Origin: Octopus bimaculoides
Taxonomy: Eukaryota
Length of the DNA stretch: 64,000 nucleotides
Assembly: GCF_001194135.2 (NCBI RefSeq)
Contig: NC_068982.1
Location: 129,628,771 to 129,692,770, forward strand
Direction: 5' to 3'
The first letter of the stretch is position 1. Every line of letters begins with the position of its first letter. Below are positions 14,901 to 26,243 of this stretch, piece after piece. Under the pieces are notes generated by a model that saw only the letters and a list, made by a program, of their open reading frames with translations, did not search any database and was not told where the DNA came from. The position numbers were made by a program, and so were the translations under genes.

Positions 14901-17900
14901 TCCATCTTTTTAGGTATTCTAGTCAACTTTGATTATGTAAAAGTGTCATGAGCTACAATGACCAATATTGAATTACATCTATTTGACCAGACATCTTCTG
15001 CATGCCCTATATAATTTGCCTCTTGTTTAGCAAACAAAACCTTTCGTTACCAACAAAATTAGTAACTTCCTTTAACCCATTTTAAACTCTATCCACTACA
15101 CTAAGACTAGTTCTCTTTCAAGAATGGTACATATTTATTACTTCCAATAAATTTTCTAAGCAACCCATACTATAATAATATAATAATGAGCTTATTGTAC
15201 ATAGTGCTCAGGTGCACTACAACTCATCAGAAAAAGTAACTAAAACTGTATGAACAGTACATAAAATATACACAGGAAGAACAATGAATAAATCTTAAAA
15301 AACAAAACAAAAAAACGGGGGTGAGGGTCATCAGATTTACTGTTGGTGAACTGTAGGAAGCATGGAAGTTTTGAAGGAAGTAGTGTCCTGATAGCTAACA
15401 ACTGATGTGAGTAGTTTATTCCATGCTTCAGCAATTCTGATTGTGAAAAAATGTTTTTGAAAGTCATGGGTGCTGTGTTCTTTTTGATTTTGTAAGTTTG
15501 TCCATAAGTGTTAGACGTATGGAAGTCAAAAAAGTGCCCAAGGTTGTTGTTGGAAAAATGATGGATAATCTTGTGAGTGATAGATAATCAGTTGCCAGAT
15601 GTTGGAGTTTTAATGTGTCCATGCTCAGGGAAGCAAGATGTTCAGAGTATAGTAGATACCCAATGGTGGGTATTCATCTGGCTGCACATTTCTATTCAAT
15701 TCAGGGTCCACTATTGTTAACTATTCTGGGGTACCTAAATTTCTGTTTCCTTATCAGAGATCCTGTAGCACATTTTAAATATTTTCATTATTTGTATTCA
15801 TTACACAGAATTGAACTGTTTTCCTACAGGTCACTTTCCAAATGCTATTGGACATTTGTTTTTTACTAAATAATGCCTTAATCTTGGCACTTCAACACTT
15901 CAGACCCACTGTTCAGTTTCAAACTTCTGTAGTTCTTCAATTAATTTGGCAATAATTTAAGTAATTAGCATTCAGCAGTTCTCATGACTAATTCTGAACT
16001 ATAAACTATGCTGAGTAGAAAGACAATTATATTGGTGGCACAATCAACATGCTACAATAGCATCTGGTGATCAAGTCTTATCTTAGGCATCTTGTACTTG
16101 GTCCACATCACAATGAATAAGTTTTCAAAACCATCCGACATTACACAGGATCCTTTGAAACCCCCCTCAAAACAGCAAAGATAAGAAAGCAGAGTATAGT
16201 ATGGCTATATAACAAGATCCAGTAGTTATGCAAAGACTTCTTCAAGGAGCCATAAACAGACAGATGAAAGATGGATGAACAATGTTAAGGAACGAATGAG
16301 CAAAGAGCTGGTGGGAACCTGAGCACACAAATATAAAAGATGAAGGTTGATGCATAGTATGTCACATCAGTGCATTGATGATGCCATTCAGAGTTGAGAG
16401 CCCAGGCAATCCATCAACATGCTATGGGAACAGATATCTTTCTTTCTTTTGTACTTTTATTACTTAAAATATTGTCAAATTGCTAGATTATTTTGTTGGT
16501 GTTATTATATATTAAAACAAGGGACAACAAATTTAGTTGCTGTTTAGATACTTACTGATAATACCTAAAACTTCATAAAGCAGAAGTTTTTAAAAGGTAC
16601 ATAGCACCTAATATCCAACAGAGCAATACAAATTATTACAAACTTACCGATGCAATCTGTATTCATCAGTTGTATACAAGAAAAATTTCTCAGGATTTGT
16701 TCTGCTTATATCCTGAATTATATCACTTGTTACTAATGTTTTACTCTTGGGTTTTTTATGTCCATTATCAGAGCAAATAAAGCCAGAACCATCTGCAGCA
16801 CATTTACACAAGGGATAATAGTGTTCTTTCTGAGTTGGCCACGATGCTGCAAGCAAAAAGAAATCATTTCAAATTAAAATATATCTTATCCAGAGTAATT
16901 TAAATTCTTTTGTTTACAAACACATAACATTTATAATTATTAATACCATAAACATAAGTTAAATGCATACAAGTTGGTCTCTGTTAAAGATTATCTACAT
17001 ATTTCCTGTGTTTCCAAGAAAGAATGAGTGACAAAACTTTCCAATGAAGAAAATTGATACACTCAAAGAATTTTGAAGAGCTTAATGAAGGTCAAGGTTT
17101 TATCATCTAAACTGTTTAATGTAGTAAACAGTTTATTCTAAGTAACATAATTAATCCTATAGTTAATTGGAGTTCAAAGTACCCATCATATAGCTGTGGG
17201 GAAAAAGGGGATGGAAAATGTTCATTACAAAAAGGTATATGATCAGATCAGCAAATTCATGATATTGGTACTAAGCACACTGTTTAAGAATAGTGTGTTG
17301 TAACGGATTTGCTGACATTTGGGAAGAGAGTAAGAAGATAGAATTAGTACTTTTTCTAACACAAGCATCTAATTTGAAAAGTGAAGAGCAAGAATTTTAC
17401 TTCATAAGCGAATATGTTTAGCTTTATAGCAGAAATATTAAATATTTTTAATGAAACTGAATATACAAATGGAATAAGAACAATAACAGTTGTTTCTAAT
17501 TTAGGCACAAGGCCATTAATGTTTTGAAGAGAGGAGGCTAGTTGATTACAGTACTTGACTGGTACTTTATTTTATCGACCAACAGGAGGATGAAAGGCAA
17601 AGTTGACCTCAGTAGTAACAAACAAAGCAAACAAATATAATACTTACTGTTAGATTTCATTTGATTATCCTTGTTTTTAGAGAGAGGTAATGGAGGGACA
17701 AAGTTATCTAAAGGAAGACCATGCACAAATACCTTCTCACAACTATCTTCAAAATATTTTAAGAGTAGTTTGTAGTTTTTGTGAAGATCACTGCCACTGA
17801 AAGATATATTAAATGGGGATTTCAAAACACATGTTGCTCCAACACCTGAAGGGTAGTAAAATGTGCGTATGATTTCATCAGGACCCGCATCACTAGATTT

Positions 17901-20900
17901 ACTGAATTGTTTTGTTTTCTGATTTGCATAAGGTATGTAATTTCCTTCTGGTTGGGTCAAGTTGAAATATTGAGAGGGGCTGAGTTCAAGTGGTGGAAGA
18001 TCATCAAGTCCAGGAGCGGTCAAAGCAACAGTCATGGCAATACATACAAACAAAGCAGGGAGAAGGATTTGAGAGAAGAGTCCCTTCCAATTACGTCTGA
18101 TATAGTAGAAGCGTTTAATGATGATGGCTCTGAACTGATTGAGGTTAAGCCAGTGTCCTGTTAATAAAATGCTACCACATCCTTCAGTTTGCATATCAGG
18201 AAATTCTGGAAAAATATAAATAAATAAACAATAATTTAACTGACTATGACTTTTTGAATTTCTGGCACTTTTAGTTTTCATTTTTTTTGCATCCATTATT
18301 TAAATATACATGAAAATTTTATATACCGAAGAAAAAACATAATTTAGAAATAATTTTTGTGTCAATGATCAGGTTATGCATGTGCAACAAAACTGATACC
18401 TTATAACAGGGATCACCAAGTTTCTTTTAGTTTCTCATTTGTCACCAAGTACTTAAAGCCTTTTCTTCTCATACACTGTCCAATGAACTTAAACTGTTGT
18501 CCCCTTAAGCTTTCTGGCGTCTATCATCATCATCATCATCATCGTTTAACATCCGCTTTCCATGCTAGCATGGGTTGGACGATTTGACTGAGGACTGGTG
18601 AAACCAGATGGCTACACCAGGCTCCAATTTGATTTGGCAGAGTTTCTACAGCTGGATGCCCTTCCTAATGCCAACCACTCAGAGAGTGTATGGGTGCTTT
18701 TACGTGTCACCCGCACGGAGGCCAGTCAGGCGGAACTGGCAACGGCCACGCTCAAAATGGTGTATTTTATGTGTCACCCGCACAAGAGCCAGTCCAGGGG
18801 CACTGGCAACGATCTCGCTCGAAAATCCTACAAGGCCAGTCAGGTGGTACTGACAACGGCCACGCTCAAAATCGTGTATTTCATGTGTCACCCGCACAAG
18901 AGCCAGTCCAGGGGCACTGGCAACGATCTCGCTCGAAATTTTACGACGGTCCCGCACAAGAGCCAGTCCAGGGGCACTGGCAATGATCTCGCTCGAAAAT
19001 CCTACAAGGTCAGTCAGGCGGTACTGGCAACGGCCATGCTCAAAATCGTGTATTTCATGTGTCACCCGCACAAGAGCCAGTCCAGGGATACTGGCAACGA
19101 TCTCGCTCGAAAATCCTACGAAGGCCCGTCAGGTGACACCGGCAACGGCCACGCTCAAAATGGTGCATTTCATGTGTCTATGTTCATCTAAAAACTTTAA
19201 TGCTTGTTCCTAGTTATGTAAGATACTTTTAACAGCCATCTAAAGAACTACATGTCTGCAGCATTTATTATCTTTTACACTTGCTTGTTGATGTTCAAAT
19301 AACACAATTTTTAAAAGATTATATGGAAAAAAACTACAGTAAAAAAAAAAAAAAATGTGATTTACATACCGTTTTGGTTTGTCTCATCTATTTCTTCTTC
19401 CAGTTTAACATAATTGCCATGTTTGTTAGCAGTGGCCACATTCTTTCTTTCAGATTTTTGTTTTTTAGATTGTTGTGGTTGCCCAGCCATACTGTTCATC
19501 TCCACATCATAATGCATAGCAGTTTCAGTTGGATTCTGATCAGTATTTGAAACATCCAACAAACTGGATGTAGAACTGGTATCTGTACCCTCAGGTTCAT
19601 TATTACTAATTTCATTTTCTTGATTCCGAGAACCCGACAAATAATCAGCAATAAATGAGTTGGTATTTAGTGTATCACTTGGCTTGTTTTCTGAGATCAC
19701 TACAAAAGACACCATACAGTATGAACAATACAGAAATTTTAAAATATCAATAATTAATACAGCTTAACAGATTTCTCAATTTTTACATATGTTGGAAATT
19801 ATAATTAATACACAGATATGAATGAAAGAACAAAGTAAAATAATTTGAACACTTAGTTTCTGATATAAGTATTGAAAGAATTCCTTGTATGTTAAAAAAC
19901 TGTCAAAAATAACAGTAAACATTGTATAAAAATTGGCAGCTGAAAATTTTCTACACAATAAAGCCTAAAAATACAAGACAAGTTAGGATAGTTTTGTGTA
20001 AAATCCTGCAAAACTACACATTTATACAATTAAAAAGACATTATTTCATAGAATATATTGTTCCAGTTTAAAGAAATATTTAAATAGGTTTGAGAAAAAA
20101 AACCCCAAAAAAGCAGTAAAAGAAAATGAACAAACAAAACAGTTAAACGTATCAAACAGCAAGTTTAAATAATGTAAATGAAAATGTTTACCTTCAGGAC
20201 AATGAAATGATTCAGTGACTTTAAGAAAAACTTCTTCAAGTGTTGTGTCCATAACACCAAAACTACTGATTTCAAGGGTGTCAAGAGAAGATTCCAAAGC
20301 TTGGAACAAGCGCTCTGCATTTCCCTTTTTAATTTCCTCAAAAGGTAAAATATAATGTAGCTCACGTTTGCTTTCGGATTTCAAATATGCTGATTTCACA
20401 TGTTTTATTATGAAATTTGTTACACTGCTTTGTTGGCATTCAGTCAAGAAAGATTCTCGAGGTTTCAAATCAGGAAGACGTTCTAAATGAAAAGTAATTT
20501 TTTGTTTAAAATCTTTGCTAAAGAAATTGATTGAGATTTCACAAAAGTAACAAAAGCTTTAACTGATTGAATGAAGGTTTGATTTTTAACAACTTTTTCA
20601 GATTTTAAAATCAGTTACAAGAACAAATAAATAATCTGAATTATTGCAATAGTAGTTTAGGTTGTTGGTTTGTGTTCTTGAGCAAGGGACTCAGCTAAAA
20701 ATGAGTACCAGCTACAGCTAGTGGTATTAAGCTTTTGAAGTGTCCTATTCAGTGGGGAATCTTATATACTCTGAGCAGATTAAACACTATGGAGACTGGG
20801 ATTAACTCCAGTCTAATGGGCATTTTAAACCTAAAACATCTGTGTAAATGACAAAGAAAAAATTTTGTCTTAGGATTACTTTTTTAATTTGTACAACAAC

Positions 20901-23900
20901 CTGCAAAGTTTTAATCAAAAGTTCATAGACACTTTTCATGTCTCTAATGCCTAACAAATAAGTAAACAGATTTTCAAGTCGTGTCAAGGATATGGCAAAC
21001 TCCTTAGTACTGGTATCACAATAAAGAAATACCCAATATACACTGTAGCGTGTTTGGTGTTAGGAAGTGCATCCAGCAGTCGAATCCAAACTAGAAATGA
21101 AATATTGGAGCAGGACATGTTCTTCAGACATGTCTAAGAAGGTAGTGACTCCAAATAAATTACTTTGACCATGACACATCTAATCTATGCCAGTGGGGAA
21201 AGCAGATACAAAATGATGATGATGGAAATAATTCAAAAGAATACCTGAGACATCAAATGTTTCTTCAGATTCTTTCTTTACCATTTTAATGTGATATCCT
21301 TCTCCAAAAGTGTTCTTCAAAAATAATGAGGAACCACAACATTTTAACTGACCATCAGAAATAATTGCAATGCGATCCCCTAAGATATCAGCTTCATCCA
21401 TGTGATGTGTTGACAACAGTATTGTCCTCCCTGCAAATAATAGAAAATGAACAAAATAATCAGTGACAAACATACACAGAGTAGTATTGAACAGTGAGAA
21501 TGAGCACTTAGAACAGCATTTGATGGATATTCTTTACTTGTGGATTAACAGTGCAATAAAAAAAAAAGTATATACATATACACACAAAATGGACAGTCAC
21601 ACAGTTTTCATCTACTAATTTCACTCACAAGGCCAGGACTATAGTAGAAGTTGCTGAATATACTGCACAGTGGGACTGAACCTGAAACTGTAGTTCTTAA
21701 ACAATCTCCTTAACCACACAACCATGTCTGCACACACACAGACACACACACATACACATTATTATTATTATTATTATTATTATTACTTAGAAACTTGCAG
21801 AGCACAAGATAACCTCATTAGTGCTGGTGTCATGATAAAATACACCCATCACACCTTGTAAAGTGCCACACCTTGGTGTTAGGAAGGGCTTCCAATCATA
21901 GAAACCACGCATAAAATTGGAATGAGTAGGCTAGTCATGGTCCTACAAACCATCTAGGAAAGCAATAACTCTAAATAAGAACTGATTTGCATCATGACAA
22001 CCCATCCAACCCCAAAATATGGAAGAGTGGACACATATTTGATGATGTCTAATTACATTATTTAAACATAAATTCCTGTCATTGTTGTTATTTAATTTTC
22101 CAAATTAAAATTTTATTTTAAAGAATAGTTATAAAAGCTAACTTACCGTTTTTGTACTTAACTAAAAGATCCCAGATTGCACGCCGAGCATAAGGGTCCA
22201 CTCCTGCTGTAGGTTCATCTAAGATCACTGTTCGAGAACCACCAACAAAAGCAATGGCAACAGATAGTTTACGTTGCATACCACCAGACAAGCAGTCTAC
22301 TGAACAGTTCTTTTTTCGAGGAAGACCAATATCTTGGATCATACTGGAAGTAAATATAGAAAAAATATCAACAATACATCATCATATGAAACCACTGATT
22401 TAGTTACAGGTTTAATTATAAAAACAATCTTCATAAAATATTAAAATTTAATGAAGGTTTCTATGTTAAATATCGGTGTCACTGATGAATAGGCTCTTGA
22501 GTTGATTCTTCTTTGAGTGATTCCCTCTCCTTATCTACTGACTTTTTCATTTAGTTAAGAGTAGGAGTGATGCCCATGACATTTGCAGGCCCTCACAGAC
22601 TGATAGAATAATATTTAGCTCTAACTTTGTAGGCTGATGTTCATTAGAAAACATGGACAAAGAAGGTTACAGTTTAGAGAGAGAGGACTAAGAAAAGTAT
22701 GTTGCATGTGGTTGGTGATAGTGGGACATAGGAAGGATGGCAAAAAGTAGGAGCATCTGCTGAACTTGGGTTAAGGTGGATCAGATAGTTTAGCAGAAGC
22801 TGTGGTAGTAGTAGTAGCAGCAGCAGAAGACACAATGTTTATGGACAAATAGATGTAGTGTATTGGGTGGGGTAGGACTTTGCTTATCAACTGAATGGCC
22901 TTTTTCATTTTCTTTTTAATGTGGTTTAGGATGTGTATATTTGTATCTAGCAACAGTACCACTTCAGATATGTTAGTCACACTCTGATGGTTTGCTCTGG
23001 AACTGTTTAGTGGGTTAGCAACTGATTAGAGCTGAAATATTTTTTGGTCCTGAAGAGGAATTTCATCTTTGGAATGCAGATTCATCAGTGTTCTAGCTAA
23101 GTAGTGTGTCAGAAATGAGGGTGCTAGGATACCCTTATCAGTATGGTCAGAGAAGTTCACCTTTTGAAGACTGGGAGACAACATTATCTGCTTCACTCTA
23201 TATAGAGAAAAATATTGATTTTGGTGAAGGAAGGTGCAAGCTAAGGAGTTCACTTTTTTTTTCATTAAAATCAGATAAAAAGATATGGAAGTTATGGCCA
23301 AAAATAAAATCCCTATGGGTATTTGCATGCAAAAAGCTTATTGATTTTATAAAACCACTGCTCAGGTGCAATTATCAATTTTTTGTCAAACACTATATAC
23401 TGACATTAACTCACTGCCATGAGCCTCGCTCACTCATTGATTTTCATCAAAACTGGACAAAAAATGCAAAAGCTGCAGGAAAAATAACATCGTTATGGGA
23501 ATTTCCATTCAAATGCCCAATTGAGCTCACAAAAATTGATACCCACTGAGCATTATCAAGTTTTCGAAAAATTCTAGCCTAATTTGAATTTCAGGGCATG
23601 TGATCTACTTAGGTGCCAAAAATCATTAAAATCGGTTGGACAGTGTGGGAGGAGTTAGAATAACCCCAAACACACAGACAGACACATTACACATTTATGT
23701 ATATAGATGTATGTATGTATGATTGAAACAAAAACAAATGAACATACGTTTCCATTTCTCGTTCTATCTCTTCAGTTTTCATTCCTTTTAGTTGTCCATA
23801 AAACCACAGATGCTCTTTTACAGTCAACCTGAAATTAAAGTTGGTAAATTTGTAACTAATTTTTTTTTTAAATTGCAAACCTACAATTAATCCTTACTAT

Positions 23901-25030
23901 CTACTTTTTACAAATTTGTTGCTTAAGTTACTTCATTAAAATATTTTCTAAACATCCACAATATTATAGAAGTTGCTTTTGTAAAAATATTCATATTTTC
24001 TTAAAGAATAACCTACAAAAATGATTTAAAATCTAGAAACATAGAGGCCCCTGTGAAGCCAATAAAAAATGGAATTACTCCATTATGTGTTTACATACAT
24101 GGTAATAAAGAATGCATGAATATTTATGCATTAGTATTGATGTATAAAAACAAATAATGTTTGTATTTTTGTATAAATAACAGAACAATTGTAAATCTGT
24201 AGAGCATGTAATTAAGTGTATGTAAGCTTATGCTTATTGTTTCTATGTCATCATATGAATGTAAACATGGGTGCAATTGAGAAGTTCACTTTAAAGCCAC
24301 ATAGGTTTGGGTTCAATATCACTACAGAGCACTTTGGGCAAGAGTTTTCTACCATAGCTTTTGGTTGACTAATAGGAGAGAAATTTCATAGATGGGAACT
24401 GCGCAGAAGACTGTGCGTGTGTGTGTTTAAATTAGCAGATGAAAACCAGGACATCTGAACAAAAATACCTTATGATATTAATGCTTGATTGAGCTATTTC
24501 CATTTATTCCAATGTCTACTTTACTTTGCATTTTGTGTCTTACGAGAACAATAAAAAAAATACCAGATAAAGAACTGGGGGTCATTATAATCAACTAAAA
24601 TCCTCAAAACCACAATCCAATGGCTGAAAGCAATACATAAAAAAATGTAGGCATCCATCTATGTGTGTTCATTCATTGGATGTCCATTTCTCCATGTTAG
24701 CATAGGTGGGGTGAGGACACATCTGAGACAGGATTTTATTCCACAAGTCTTGGGAAGTGCAGAGAAAGCAGTCATAATGTCAACAAAGAATGTACACTTT
24801 ATTCATTGTTCACTCAAGCAAGGCCTGAGATGTCAACATTCATACACATTTGCATACATATACAACAGTCTTCCTACAGTTTCCATCTACCAAATTCACT
24901 CGCAAAGCATTGATTGACAGTAACAGATACTTGCCCAAGGTGTTACACTGTGAGACTGAACTTGAACCCTAACCCTAAAGTAAACTTCTTGACCACACAG
25001 CCATGTCTGTACCAATCATAGTGTACTTTA

Positions 25031-25065
<35 letters not shown>

Positions 25066-25665
25066 CAGATTCATATAAATACATGTGCGTAACTGTGTAT
25101 GTTATAACTGTGCAAACTATTTGGTTGAAATCTGCATAAGGAGAACTGATAATGTGAAATACAAATTAAATATGTAAGAAATTATAATAAAATTTATAAT
25201 ACACACTTATCAAAGAGCACATTGTGCTGTGGACACATTCCAAGATCTTTCCGAATAACATCCATATTAGTACGAATATCATGCCCATACACCATAGCAT
25301 AACCTGATGTTGGAGGAAAAAATCCAGTGAGAATGGACCTAAAATTTAGATAAGACACAAAGGTAAGATATTTTGAAATACAAATTTGTTTTAGAACAAT
25401 TTTCATTAAGAAAAAAATATATATTTGTACCATTAAAGTGTCATGGTATGAAAATGTAAAATAACTTTTCAAAACTGAGAATTCTGCAAATGCTTCCCAA
25501 AATTATATCACATGGTTTATTGTAATTTATTTTTTGGCAAGATAACTCATTTGCCAAAACTGAACCAATGCAGGGAAAGATAGAGTGGAAGAAAGAGAGA
25601 GAGTGGAAGAGAGAGAGAAGAGAGAGAGAAGAGAGAGAGAAGAGAGAGAGGAGAGAGGAGAGAGA

Positions 25666-25716
<51 letters not shown>

Positions 25717-26212
25717 GAGAGAGAGAGAAGAGAGAGAGAGAAGAAGAGAGAGAGAGAAGAAGAGAGAGAGAAGAAGAGAGAGACAAGAAGAGAGAGACAA
25801 GAAGAGAGANNNNNNNNNNGAGAGAAGAAGAGAGAGACAAGAAGAGAGAGACAAGGAGAGAGAAGAGAGATAGAGAGAGAGAAATAGTGGAAGAGAGAGA
25901 GGAAGAGAGAAAAAGAGAGAGGGGAAGAGAGAGAGAAGAGAGATAGAGAGAGAGAAATAGTGGAAGAGAGAGAGGAAGAGAGAAAAAGAGAGAGGGGAAG
26001 AGAGAGAGAGGAAGAGAGAGTGGAAGAGAGGGAGAGAGAGTAGAAGAGAAAGTGAGTGAGAAAGAGAGAGAGTGAGAGAGAGGGAGTGAGAAAGAGAGAG
26101 AAAGAAAGAGAGAGAAAGAGAGAGTGAGAAACAGAGAGTGACAAAGAGAGTGAAAGAGAGAGAGTGAATGAGAGAGTGTGAGAGAACATGAGAGGGTGAA
26201 AGAGAGAGAGAA

Positions 26213-26243
<31 letters not shown>

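Noticed and set aside
18598-19213. Overlapping 76-197 aa ORFs in several frames (also at 20-346 and 2968-3447)
   Set aside because: They result from stop-free tandem units (114 and 60 nt are multiples of 3) in a LINE 3'UTR; no splice context or protein homology.
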